From NCBI GenBank assembly GCA_017654855.1, contig CM030338.1:372001-436000 (forward strand): 64,000 nt of DNA, read 5' to 3'. Below are positions 24,986 to 36,257 of this stretch, piece by piece. Origin of the DNA: Podospora anserina (lineage: Eukaryota). Made by a program: the position numbers and the translations under genes. Numbering within the stretch: position 1 is the first letter of the stretch; every line of letters starts with the position of its first letter. The notes under the pieces were generated by a model. That model was given only the letters and a program-made list of their open reading frames with translations. It searched no databases and had not been told where the DNA came from.

Positions 24986-25420
24986 CTAGACAATCGTGAA
25001 CTCTAGATTTCGGCCAGCCACTTCGTCCGTCATGCCCTCTCCATCTATAAACCCATCCATGTACCCGTCTCCCACAATCCTATGTTTGCCCCTTTCAACA
25101 CCATCCTCTCTTAAAACAAAAGGGCAGTCACCCCTAAACAAAACCACCACTATGTGTCCCTGCTGAATCGACTTGACACCCCGTCCATATTGTCCTGTTG
25201 CGGGTTCGTGTGGTAGGTTGAGCGGGCGGTAGGGATACTTTGACACCATAGCAAAGCGGTGACAACAATCTCCAACTGCTGTTGAAGTCTGAACATGTCT
25301 TGCTTGAGTGGTGAGTGAGGTCGCCATAGGAGCGTCCGCGGTGCAAAATCTCCTCCTGATAGCGTTGACCCGATAACCCTGAAAGCTGCCGAGTTCATTA
25401 GACGATCCCCAAGAATACAT
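24986..25420 (-). pseudogene. Relic of the C-terminal region of a HET-6-like heterokaryon-incompatibility-family gene
   Basis: GQYGRGVKSIQQGHIVVVLFRGDCPFVLR...HRIVGDGYMDGFIDGE...EFTIV matches the conserved C-terminal motif of fungal HET-domain proteins. No upstream HET domain ORF is present. Confidence 0.65.
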
Positions 25421-26118
25421 GATTGAGCATATCTACTTGATATACCAAAAAATACACCCCGAAAATTATGCCCGTCTCCAGGCCGATGTTGGCATGTTGA
25501 GCAAACAAGAGTCGAAGCCACCCAGATGACCCCGCCGTTCTCCGCAATTGGCTCCCCCGCACCCCGCATCCCCAGGTTTGTGGGCCGCGACGGGTTGACA
25601 CGTTCAGGGGTTGAAGCAATTTCTCACAACACAGCTTGGCTGTGACCATTGCTTAGAGGAAGATCAATTGCTTTTTGAAGATCACTAATACTATGAGTCT
25701 CATGCTAGGTTGTTATGCCATCTGAAGTCAAGTGTGGAAAGAAATGAGTGAGAGGATGAAGTTCAGGCGGGGTTTTGGCTGCTTTTCTCCTGCCCGCTTG
25801 GTGTCTTCCGTACACATGCATGTTTGAGCAGCCACCACCGACTTTCCCGAGTTTATCACTGCATCCTCCAACGACAGTAACGATCTTATCTTCGAGTACA
25901 GATCCATGTGCAATGCTCTCGTCCGGTCGCAAGCCGAGTCGCCGACCGCCACGACGACAAAGGGGTCAGTTAACCCACAAACTACATGCCCCGCCTACAC
26001 ATAGTAGCTGGGAGCGACCGAAAGGGTGTTCGCGTCCTCGCAGGTTAAGAAACGGTATGCTTCATTACAATGAGGTTAAGCTGACGCTACAATAGCCCCT
26101 AAATTTCCCTGCATCACT

Positions 26119-27054
26119 TTACAAATCCGCATCATTGCTGATGGTGCTTGATCCTCCGCCCTGAGCCTCTGCGATAACCTGTGTCCGGGTCACCTTGCCT
26201 GTCGTATCGACAAAGATCCAACTAGTCACCTCAACGCCGGGAAAGGGCTTATAATCATACTGCAGCTCAAACTCGACAACATTGCCCTCCTCTTCAATCG
26301 TCCGGTTATGTCCGTTGAACTCCATATCCTTGTCGTATGATCCCACCACGACCCGCGACTGCTCGTTGCCGTCATTGTCGAGATACTCGTCGTAGATGCT
26401 GCCGTCCTGTGCGAGGACACGGTTCTTGTGTGCTTGGCCGGTGTAGTCGTTGACGCTGAAAAGTACATTGCTCTCGAGCTTGTGGCTTCCCTCGAACGAC
26501 CGTTTGGCGTTGCCTCCTGCAGCATCCTCTTCCCCGGCCCCAGCTCCGCCTCCAAGTCCCTCACCAACACCATCGAGGAGGTCAGTGGTGGAGTTGATGA
26601 TCTGTGTGACTTCCTGTCCCAGGGTCGCAATGATGGGATTGAGATCGATGCTGTTGAGCACATCGTCGACCATCTTGACAACATTCCCGAGACGCGCCTC
26701 CAGCTCGACCTTTGCAGAGACATTCTCAATCTTGAGCTGGACGCGGTTGATGCTCGCGTCAACGCCCGCGCTGAAGTGCAACAGCTTCAGGACGTTTGCG
26801 TCGAGGTTGACCTTGGCCGTGAGGTTTTGCACGTCAACCCCGATGTACCCGACGCTCACCGAAGCGTTGAGATAGACATCAGGCTCTTCGGCAAGCTGGA
26901 CACCGCCGGTGTTGGCGGTTTCGTAATTTACCGTCTCGGGGTCGCCGCGCTTGTCGAGTCGGTACCCGATGTACCCATCGTCTCCATCATCTGCGCCATA
27001 GATGGGGTTGAAGAGGAGGAAAAGGGCAGCTGCCCTAGTGAAAAGGTCTCTCAT
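26119..27054 (-). CDS. Secreted hypothetical protein, paralogue A of a divergent pair
   Basis: Signal peptide (MRDLFTRAAALFLLFNPIYG), KR sites, PDVYL...RLGNVV...SIDLNP domain. Single exon. Confidence 0.85.
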   Translation of the reverse strand: MRDLFTRAAALFLLFNPIYGADDGDDGYIGYRLDKRGDPETVNYETANTGGVQLAEEPDVYLNASVSVGYIGVDVQNLTAKVNLDANVLKLLHFSAGVDASINRVQLKIENVSAKVELEARLGNVVKMVDDVLNSIDLNPIIATLGQEVTQIINSTTDLLDGVGEGLGGGAGAGEEDAAGGNAKRSFEGSHKLESNVLFSVNDYTGQAHKNRVLAQDGSIYDEYLDNDGNEQSRVVVGSYDKDMEFNGHNRTIEEEGNVVEFELQYDYKPFPGVEVTSWIFVDTTGKVTRTQVIAEAQGGGSSTISNDADL

Positions 27055-27870
27055 GATGGGCAACTCTTGAGGGGCTTGGCAGAGATGGAAAGAAACAAGC
27101 AAAGACAGAAGACAACCAGCAGATTACCGTGGGAGTTGGGTAGGTGGGCAAAGAGCAGCTGTATCAAGTAGGTGTGCGTTTCCACACCTCCCACATCGTC
27201 ATCCAGCGGGCAGAGAAATGGATAGCTGAGGTATTGGACGTGCCCAGACACGGTCGGGCATTATCAAGCTGGATCGCAACCTGCATGCATATATTCCGGA
27301 TTCTTGGTTTTGCCTTATTTGGCTGTCTTATTGACGAGGTTCATGCCAAGGTACAGGCCTTCAAAGTCAAGCTCAGGCTGCCAAGGCCAATTACCGTTGT
27401 GATGCAAGCACCAAATCATGGCAGAGCCCCTGACCGCCCGCAGTTCAACACCCCTGACAGGGTTTCATCCAGCTCAGTGGAAAACATGCCGAGTGGACGC
27501 TTCTCAGCAACGCTTGGAGTTTGGATCTGGTTGTTCCTGAATGCAACACCACAAACCGGATTCATGGTGGTTTCATTTTAACTTTTTGCTGGCAGCCATC
27601 GCAAAAACAAGGAGTGATCGAGGTCATAATGGACACCCAAATAAGACGTGACGGAAAGTCCTTTCTGGGCATTGTGTTGAACAACCAGGACGATCACTGG
27701 CGAATCAAGTCATTGAATCGATGTGCCTGGCAGCCTTTTTATTCCTCCAAGTTGACTAGACATACACACCTCACCCATCGCCAGGTGAGACGGTCTTTTG
27801 CTTTCTCTTGCGCGTGCTGGCCTTTGGCATCTTCACTCGTTTCCGAAGACTCCGCTTTCCACCGCTCACG

Positions 27871-28842
27871 ATGAGGACCTCCTCGCGCTGGTCCCTCCTC
27901 AGGGCTATCCTCCTGCTCGTAGCTCTGTTCATCACTCTCTCAGCTGCGCAGACCGAGTCTGCCGAGCCAGCACCATCATCAGAGCCCGCTGCCGAGCCCA
28001 GCACGGAAGCACCCTCGCCATCAGCAACACCCAGCTCTCAGACTGCCTCCCCATCCACTGCTTCGAGCGGAGGCGGCGGCAGCGGGACACCCACCACCAC
28101 CACCACCCCTCGACCCTCGGGAAGCAATCCCCCTGACGTCTATCTCCGCGTTCCTGAGCTCTCAGTCGGCCGCATCGAGCTCGACGTGGATGACCTCAAA
28201 GCGGATGTCAACCTCAACGCCGAAATCGCCAACCTCGTCTCCATCAACGTCGGTGTGGCGGTTGGCATCCAAAAGGTCAACATCACCATTTCTGACGTAG
28301 AAGCCGAGCTTGAGCTTGTTATTCGTTTGGGACATTTGGTCGACATCGTCAACCGAACCCTCTCATCTCTTGACCTCAACCCACTGCTGATCAACCTGCT
28401 GAACAACGTTTCTGACGTTGTTGACTCTGTTGTTGGCGCCGTGGATGGCTTGCTGGGTACTATCACGCAGGGCGGCAGCACGTTGAGGTTTTTGATTGAC
28501 AACCTGGGGAATATTGTGCAGGAGGTTGCTGGGGAGGGAACAGATATCGTCAGCAGCATTGTTGGAAACTATCAGAAGAACATGACGTTTACTGGTGTGG
28601 CTAAGGAGCTAGGGAACGGGTTGACACAAAGGACGTACCGGTATGATGCGCTGGGGAGCTTGGTGAATATCATCTTTAATACCATGGGACAAGTCGTGCA
28701 GGCTGTCGTGGTCGGGAAGGATAATAGCGGTGGCGGCGGCGGAGGAGGCGGCTCAACGACGACAGCTCCTGCCAGCTCCGCACCTGCCACAAGCGTGGCT
28801 CCGGCTCCAACGACAAGTGCGCCGGCGGAAGAGGGCGAGTAG
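27871..28842 (+). CDS. Secreted hypothetical protein, paralogue B of a divergent pair
   Basis: Signal peptide, S/T/P-rich linkers, PDVYL...RLGHLV...SLDLNP domain. Single exon. Confidence 0.85.
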   Translation: MRTSSRWSLLRAILLLVALFITLSAAQTESAEPAPSSEPAAEPSTEAPSPSATPSSQTASPSTASSGGGGSGTPTTTTTPRPSGSNPPDVYLRVPELSVGRIELDVDDLKADVNLNAEIANLVSINVGVAVGIQKVNITISDVEAELELVIRLGHLVDIVNRTLSSLDLNPLLINLLNNVSDVVDSVVGAVDGLLGTITQGGSTLRFLIDNLGNIVQEVAGEGTDIVSSIVGNYQKNMTFTGVAKELGNGLTQRTYRYDALGSLVNIIFNTMGQVVQAVVVGKDNSGGGGGGGGSTTTAPASSAPATSVAPAPTTSAPAEEGE

Positions 28843-29292
28843 CAAGGCTGTTACGGAGAGATCACCTATACCTAATGATACATTATTGGTAGCTCAATGA
28901 CATTTGAACAGAAACCATACTCACGCCATCTCGTTCCCTTTAGCGTTGAACTGCTTCATCTGAAATACTATACATTTATTCCCTTAGACCCCCTGCCACC
29001 TGAACAGAAACGCCGACCTGGAACAATATCCCCGATATTTTAGGTAGCTAGGTATCCCATCTAGTACGAGGACCCCTTACGCTGGCTAACTACCTATCAT
29101 CTATCGCTGCTGAAGGTGATGTGTGGGACCCCGAGGGCCAGTGGATGCCGGTACTTTGGGGAGGTGCGAGTGTCAACAATGGAAAGGGGGATACAGCGTG
29201 ATATCACTACAGCAACAATGTTTACTCTCGATGTTCAATTTCATGTGCGGTCAAGTTACTAGATACATTATACACTGTCACCATCCCACCAC

Positions 29293-30375
29293 TCAAGCGG
29301 GCATCTGAACGGGAAGAGGGGCGTAGGCGGTGACGGGCTCCGGGTCATCAGCACCAGCCTCCACCATACCACCAAGAATCATCGTCTTGGGCGCCTGAGC
29401 CTGGTAGAACCAAGGGTCGGTAAACGCCTTGAACTTCTGGTCGTGCCAGTCCTTGGCGGTGACATAGCGTCCCTCCGAGTCCATGAACATGGTGTCGTCC
29501 TCGGCGCGGAGGAAGTAGGCGATCGAGTACCGGTGCTCGGTGGGGTCGAAGGGTACGACGCGGTGGATGCACGACTGGAACTTCATGCCGCTGGCAAAGC
29601 GGAGGGAATCGCCGACGTGGACGAAGGCGCAGTTCTTCTGGGGCTCGACGAAGCCCATCTCGAGGGCGCCGCACTCTCCGGGGGGGCGGACCTGGAGACC
29701 CCATTGGTCGCTGAAGAGGAGGGTGAGGGAGCTGATGTCGGTGTGCTTCTGGTGGCCGACCTTGTGCTGGCCGGTGATCTCAGCGGGGAGGTAGTGCATC
29801 ATGGAGAGAGTGGTGGCTGAGGGGCGGTCGTTGCGGTGGGAGTTCTCGAAGCGGTGCTTGCCAGCCAGGTTCAAGCCGGTGGAGAGGGCTGCCAAGATGA
29901 CCTTGGTGATGGTGTTGCAGCTGCCGATGACCTGCTCCAACTGGTGGAGATCGCCGCTGTTCTTGATCGGGGAGGGGACGCGAGGGCTGCCCTGCTGGAT
30001 CTCGTCTCGCGAGACCTTGAGCATCTCATAGCCGTCCTTGGAGCCAGCACCAAAGGCGCCAGTGCGGTTACCGACAGGCTCGTAGCCAAGATGGGAGTCG
30101 ATCAAGCCATATTCGTTCTTGGCCTCGAGGGGGGCATCAAAGAAGCGGTTCATGAGCTTGAGAAGTTGCTCACGGTCCTCGAGCATGCGACGGCCGTCGA
30201 TGCTGTCGAGATCGAGCTGGAAGTAACCATCCTGAAGGCAAGCCTGGAGCACCTTCTCGACCTCCTCAGGATCCTGCGAGAGGAGCAGATCGTACTTGAT
30301 GGTCCTCATGGGCCAGACAGGAACCTGCCTGCCTTGCCATTCGACGGTCTTTACGGGTTCGGTGGTAGGAGCCAT
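29293..30375 (-). CDS. 2-oxoglutarate/Fe(II)-dependent dioxygenase (IPNS/DIOX family)
   Basis: HTD...H iron triad (KHTDISSLTLLF; SCIHRV) and RxS motif (RYSIAYFLR). Confidence 0.92.
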   Translation of the reverse strand: MAPTTEPVKTVEWQGRQVPVWPMRTIKYDLLLSQDPEEVEKVLQACLQDGYFQLDLDSIDGRRMLEDREQLLKLMNRFFDAPLEAKNEYGLIDSHLGYEPVGNRTGAFGAGSKDGYEMLKVSRDEIQQGSPRVPSPIKNSGDLHQLEQVIGSCNTITKVILAALSTGLNLAGKHRFENSHRNDRPSATTLSMMHYLPAEITGQHKVGHQKHTDISSLTLLFSDQWGLQVRPPGECGALEMGFVEPQKNCAFVHVGDSLRFASGMKFQSCIHRVVPFDPTEHRYSIAYFLRAEDDTMFMDSEGRYVTAKDWHDQKFKAFTDPWFYQAQAPKTMILGGMVEAGADDPEPVTAYAPLPVQMPA

Positions 30376-30863
30376 GATGATATGTGGGCGGTTGAGAAGT
30401 TTACCAGCTCTGTTCTATAGATTTCCCAAACTCACGGGGGACAGACTGGGCTACAAATAGTTGGACCATTGCCTCGACCTTAGCTCAACTAGTACCTAGC
30501 CCTGCGCGAATCGGAGGCCATCTATTGCAGTCAAATGAAGCATATAGTCAATGAGCTAGTTTTCCCAGCCTACCCCACACTTCCAGTGTCCCTGAGGGTA
30601 CGTTGCCGGATTCTCCCATAGTAATTGATGGGGGTCTTTCTCCACCGATCGGCATTTCCGTTGCAACACCTGACGCCCCCCGCATCTTGGGTGTGTTTAC
30701 ATCGTCGGGCGGGTTGCAGTCCGTAGTTTGTAAGAGGAACAATCAAGATTACAAGAAGGGAAAGTGATATTGGGCTTATCTACCTGCAACTGGGGTCCTT
30801 TATGAAGCAGACTATCCGGAGGCCCGGAAACCAACCCTGAAGGCTCGCTCCCTCCTTGACACA

Positions 30864-31751
30864 CTATCTACTTCCCCTTTTCGGGTCTTGGTGTACACGT
30901 ACACATGGCGAATCTGAGTACAAAACTAGACACCGAACTTCGATGCTCTGCCGAGACTCCTCGTCACGGCAGTCCGGGTCCTCAAAGGCCGAGTGCAATG
31001 CTCTGCGTGCCACTGACGTATCGGAGTCAAAGCACTTGATGAGGAGTACGTCTTCGGGTGTCATCCGATATTTGAAATACCACCGATGATGCGGGTTGTG
31101 GCGTACTACCCACGACTCCCCCTGAAAGCCGTCCTCGACCATTTCTGCCCCCACCAGGTCCGAGTCGGGAACCGACTTTGCATCCGCCACAGCAATAGGA
31201 TCTTTGAGAATGGTCTGAATCGGGCGCCATATGTTGATGATTTGATATCTTCTCGTGATCAGTTCGTCTGCTTGTTGCTTATCAGGAAACTCCCATCTCA
31301 ACCTCCTTTCGGCACCAACATAAGACTGATCGACGTGTGTTCTGGTGACTGGGCCACGGTTGGCGAGATTCTTGCCGTTGAACCCCAAGTGGTGCCATTG
31401 TGTTGGACCTCGGCGGACTTTGTGGTTGAAGATGTGGATGTGACTGGCACCCGTGATGTCCTTCAGAAGTTCCTTGCATTCCTCATAGTAGACTGACTTG
31501 ATCGACTCCTCACTGGTGAAGCCCTCCTCCTCTTGACTCTTGTGCCGACAGTACTGAAACCCATGGGTATCCAGGCGGTAGTCGTCTTCGTCCCCTGTTA
31601 TGTCCGTGACGGTGAACTCGTGAGGGAGGTGTGGCCTCTTGTTCGTCACCTTTCCTTCGCCGATGAAGATGGGGGTCGGGGGCAAGCCATCTCCCGGGTC
31701 GTCCCAATAGTTGAGTGTGGTCCGTACATTGTGCTTCTCCGTCAAGGCCAT
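30864..31751 (-). CDS. AsaB/CmcJ-like oxidoreductase/methyltransferase-annotated family protein
   Basis: LDTHGF, YYEEC, HVDQS, RYQIINIWRPI, PIAVADA, HRWYF, KCFDS, HSAF, RQSIEVR motifs characteristic of this family. Confidence 0.82.
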   Translation of the reverse strand: MALTEKHNVRTTLNYWDDPGDGLPPTPIFIGEGKVTNKRPHLPHEFTVTDITGDEDDYRLDTHGFQYCRHKSQEEEGFTSEESIKSVYYEECKELLKDITGASHIHIFNHKVRRGPTQWHHLGFNGKNLANRGPVTRTHVDQSYVGAERRLRWEFPDKQQADELITRRYQIINIWRPIQTILKDPIAVADAKSVPDSDLVGAEMVEDGFQGESWVVRHNPHHRWYFKYRMTPEDVLLIKCFDSDTSVARRALHSAFEDPDCRDEESRQSIEVRCLVLYSDSPCVRVHQDPKRGSR

Positions 31752-32077
31752 GGTCGCTTGCTGTCTCTCCAATAACTCTAACAGCCCTCTCGGAACAAGC
31801 CTGCCACGGCGTCACGTTTTAAGGTGGTAGCAGCACGCAGACGAGGTCGCCAACTGCCGGTATTTTCCGGTCGAATTATCCACGAAGGACAGCTTCCGGA
31901 GGAACGCATTCCGGTTGGCAGTCGGCTTGGCAGGGTACCACCCAAGATTAACCGCCGGTCGGGTCGTAATCGTGACACCAGCCAGAGTCCCGTGACGGCT
32001 TTCCACTCAACTTCCAACTAATGAGCCAGGACTGTCCGGTCTAGTCAACGCTTGGTACCTAGTCGGCCAGAGAAAGA

Positions 32078-33470
32078 ATGGCCCAGGACGGTTTTGTCCT
32101 TGTTTCTCGAGAAAGCCAGATCACCAAGAAGAGCCACGCGGCGGCCAACACCGCCCCAACTCGCCAGCATGAGGGCCCTCACGACCATCTGGCTGAAATT
32201 GCCTCATTTGTCGACAGTCAGTCGGAGAAGCTGTGGCACTTGAACAAGTTCATCCACAGTAATCCTGAGCCGGCTTTTCAGGAGTTCAAGGCTCATGAAG
32301 CTCTCACCAAGTTTATGCGCTCGCGGCCTGAGCGCTGGCAAGTGACGTCGTCTGCTTGCGGAATCGAGACAGCATGGATAGCAGTCTACGATAGCGGCAG
32401 AAAGGGACCAGCTGTCTCTTTCAATGTCGAGATGGGTACGTCGACCTCTTTTGGACTCGCCTCTGTGCTCATAATGTTGACATTGGTCAGATGCCCTCCC
32501 CAATCTTGGTCATGCTTGTGGTCACAACCTTATCGCCTCTGCTTCCCTCGCTGGAGCACTCGCGACGGCCCATATCATAGAGAAGCACTCTTTGGCCGGA
32601 AAGGTTTATGTCTTTGGCACCCCAGGAGAAGAAGGGTACCACGGGGGTAAAATCCAGCTTCTCAACCGAGGTGCCTACGACAAGGTTGACATCTCCCTCA
32701 TATCTCACCCTTCCATCTTGAACAACTCGCCATTTGTTCGAACCACAGCCTTCTGCCGACTTGAGGTGGAATTCTTTGGCCGGGCAGCCCATGCGGCCAA
32801 TGCTCCGTGGCAGGGAATCAACGCTTTGGATGCGCTGGTGGCGTCCTACAACTCCATCTCGATGTTGCGTCAACAGACGCAGCCGAGCGACATCATCGGT
32901 TTTGCCATTACCAACGGCGGGGGAGATGCTACCAATGTTATCCACGCGTACTCGTCGGCTGTGTGCACGATTCGATCCTCGAGCGCGTCCCGTGTCGATA
33001 CGCTGGCTGACAAAGTCGGCGCGTGCTTTGATGCCGGTGCTCAGGCTACTGGTTGCACTGTGGGGATCAAGGTGATCAAGGGATACAAAGATCATGTCCC
33101 CAACATGCATTTGGCCGCTTCGTTTGCTGAACATTGGAGCTCACTGCCAGACCCGTATCCCGTTGGGCCGGAATTGCGGGCTCATGAGAGAGGGTACACG
33201 TATGTCAAGGCGAGCACCGATCAGGGGGACATCAGCCATGCTTTGCCGTCGATCAATGTCAGTTTTGCGATCCCTGCCGGGCCGGAAAAAGGTGGCCCTC
33301 ATAGTGCCGACTTTGAGAAGGCAGCGGGAACCAAGTGGGCTTTTGACCGAGCCTTGAGGGTGGGCAAGGGGATGGCGGGTGTGGCTGTTGATGTCCTGAC
33401 GCGAGATGGGTTTCTTGACACAGTGAAGGGAGAATGGCGAGAGAGGTTTGGGGTTGAGAACAAACTTTGA
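32078..33470 (+). CDS. Peptidase M20 family amidohydrolase (ACY1L2-like), 2 exons
   Basis: HSNPEPAFQE, EM|DALPNLGHACGHNLIA across intron 32436-32490, GTPGEEG, STDQGDIS. Confidence 0.9.
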
Positions 33471-33995
33471 CGCGTGAAAGCTCTAAAGTCTTATAGCTCT
33501 ATTTACTTTACGTTAGATAAGTCACGAAAATACCTACGTTCAATGCCGTATCATACCTTGCCTGAACGTTATTGCTGCCAAAGGACTACCGTCCAGCCAG
33601 TGATGCGGGCAAGGTGGGGGTCATGCGCAACTGATTCCAGCTCGACGCGCTACCACGACGCGCCGCTTTGGTTAGTTGTGTGGCGCGTTTGCGAACCGCA
33701 AGTGCCATAGAGTAACCAAAACTTAACAAAAGGCATTGAACCTTCGTATACCCAGGCCATCGGGGCGATGCGACTGCAAAGTCAAAGTTACTGGTGATGA
33801 CAGTGGTTGCTTGGAAGTGAAGCCCCCCAAAATTTGGCGTTGTGGTGCTAAGAAGTGGTGGTGGGGCCAGTGCGGGGCAACTTTAATTGCCTTGCTCTCC
33901 TCATCCCCAAGCTGTGGCAAAGTCAATACTCCGTATTGGTCAAGCATCACACCAAGAGAGACCATACCAAGGTTGAAGGTGTTCTTGAAGCAACG

Positions 33996-34937
33996 ATGGA
34001 ATATTATACATTCTCTGCCAACGATGGCACCACCCTAGCCTTCCAATCCTCCACCCCCCTCACACCAAGCCCCTCACCCGTCAACGACAGCATTATTCTC
34101 TTCTTGCATGGGTTCTCCGGCTCCTCCGCCTACTTCACCCGCAACTTCCCTGCTCTCTCTGAACGCTCTTGGGTGCTCGGCCTAGATACGCGGGGTCATG
34201 GCCGGTCCAGTCACTCCAAAGGAGGATATCACGTCGCCCGTCTAGCTTCTGACTTGAGAGATTTTCTCTTACACATATATTCCCTCAACCCTGGAAAGAA
34301 GTACAAGATCACAGCAGTTGGACAGTCAATCGGCGCCGCTATTCTCTGGACCTACACTGAGCTCTTCGGGGATGCCGAGTTTACCTCATTTCTATTTGTC
34401 GACCAGGCACCACTTCAAGATCGGGATTTGAGATTCGAATGGGACGAGAAAAAGGCCCACAGGGGCTGCTATGACGAGGAGAGCATGCTCGCAGCACAAG
34501 CGGCCTGGGTTGAGAGACCAGAGGAGACATATGTTGGATTGGTGGACGAATGCCTGGGGTATCGCTACCAACCTTCTTCCCAGGATAGCGATAGAAGTCC
34601 AGAGGAGCGACAGCAGGACGAGGAGTATTTCACAAGTATCAGCAGGGTTTGTGATGGGAGGTGGTTGGCGAGATTGCTGGCTGATCATACAAGGTATGAC
34701 CACCGTGAAGCATGCGAGTTGATCACTAAGCCTACACTGGTGATGGCTGGGAGAAGGAGTGGATGCTTTTCGCTGGAAGGAATGAGGGAGGTCGTCGAGA
34801 GGGTCAAGAATGGGAGAGGGGTCAACATGGAAAGCAAGGCCCAGATGTCAGTCTTCGAGAGCGGCCATTGGTTGTTCTGGGAGGAGCCGGAACGATTCAA
34901 CCAGGAGGTCTTGGAATGGGTACGCCGGTGGGAGTAA
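33996..34937 (+). CDS. Alpha/beta hydrolase (non-heme chloroperoxidase/esterase-like)
   Basis: LHGFSGS, DTRGHGRS, GQSIG nucleophile elbow, SGHWLFWEEPERFN. Confidence 0.88.
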   Translation: MEYYTFSANDGTTLAFQSSTPLTPSPSPVNDSIILFLHGFSGSSAYFTRNFPALSERSWVLGLDTRGHGRSSHSKGGYHVARLASDLRDFLLHIYSLNPGKKYKITAVGQSIGAAILWTYTELFGDAEFTSFLFVDQAPLQDRDLRFEWDEKKAHRGCYDEESMLAAQAAWVERPEETYVGLVDECLGYRYQPSSQDSDRSPEERQQDEEYFTSISRVCDGRWLARLLADHTRYDHREACELITKPTLVMAGRRSGCFSLEGMREVVERVKNGRGVNMESKAQMSVFESGHWLFWEEPERFNQEVLEWVRRWE

Positions 34938-35570
34938 TTTTTAGTGCACTCAGGAAGCTCATGGTGCGTGCAATGGGATGTTGATAGCTGTTCTTTGTCC
35001 GGATGCGGATGCTTTGGCCCCCATGTGTCGACAGCCCCGAAAAGGCCCTGCTCTAGGAATCCGAGCTCGGTTCAGCTGTATTCTCGTTTTACCACAACCA
35101 CGTTGTTGCAGTGTAGTATACTCGTGTAGGTGCCCCTCGCGGTTCAATCATGTGCATTGTTTATGTCCCCTGACTTTACCCCTGAGTCCTGGCGCGTGCT
35201 CAGCACAGTCTGCACCTCGGTCTGAATAATGAGGAAGATTTTCCACTTCAATAACTGTACGCGGTGGCATTGATTGGTACACTGCAGGAGTAATTTCATC
35301 ATGGTCATAGCTTGCCTGTTTTCAAGCGTGGATTGCGGTTGCAGTTGCCCTTCACCATTGTGTCTTTGATATCTTCTTAAGATTGTTCCCCCTGTCCAAG
35401 GTATACCTCAATGCAGCACACAGAAACCAGCAAAGAAGACCTGAAAGACTGTTGGTCGCTTATAAGAGCAGCTGTTCCGAGAAGCTCCTGCTATGATGCC
35501 TCAAGATGTTGCTGCAAGTGGAAGCTTCTCTGAGTAAAAGTTTCACCCATATCTCAACAAAAACCAAACA

Positions 35571-36257
35571 ATGGAGTCCCTCACGGCAAAATTTACAACG
35601 GCCTTCCGGTCAGAGCGCCTTATCTATCGTGCAATCGATATGCAGGACATCCCCCTTGTGGCCCGCATGCTCTGGGACCCTGTCAACCAAGGATTTGGCG
35701 ATCCTACCTTGTACGCCCCTCTCAGCGGCACCGTCGGTAGCGTCATGGTCCAAAAGGGACTTGAGGCAAGCCTCCTAGCCGTATTGATCTGCTTGCCCAA
35801 TCCTCAGGCACAGCAAGATGCTGCACCCGGTCTCCCGGGCAACAATCTCCGTGCAGCCCAGGAAAGTGCCATCCCCATCGGCAGTCTGATGCTGGGCAAG
35901 CCGACTGCGCCCCAGACTGACCATTGGCGTTGGACAAGAATGGGACTGGGCATTGCGGAGGAGCACCAGGGTAATGGATACGGAAAGGAGGCTGTGAATT
36001 GGGCGCTTGACTGGGCCTTTGAGTTTGCAGGCATGCACCGTGTCGAGTTAACCACAGCCTCTTACAACGACAGGGCTATTGCCATGTACAAGAGCTTGGG
36101 ATTCAAAGAAGAGGGCAGAAAGAGAGAAACCATCTACATGGATAGGCGGTGGTGGGATATGGTTGAGTTTGGGATTCTGGAAGGTGAATGGGAGGCGCTG
36201 AGAGGCAAGAAGTCTGGCCAAAGCGGTGGACAACGCATTGTTCAAGGGGGCTTTTGA
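35571..36257 (+). CDS. GNAT acetyltransferase (RimJ/RimL-like)
   Basis: SERLIYRA, HQGNGYGKEA acetyl-CoA motif, NDRAIAMYKSLGFKEEGRKRE. Confidence 0.9.
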   Translation: MESLTAKFTTAFRSERLIYRAIDMQDIPLVARMLWDPVNQGFGDPTLYAPLSGTVGSVMVQKGLEASLLAVLICLPNPQAQQDAAPGLPGNNLRAAQESAIPIGSLMLGKPTAPQTDHWRWTRMGLGIAEEHQGNGYGKEAVNWALDWAFEFAGMHRVELTTASYNDRAIAMYKSLGFKEEGRKRETIYMDRRWWDMVEFGILEGEWEALRGKKSGQSGGQRIVQGGF

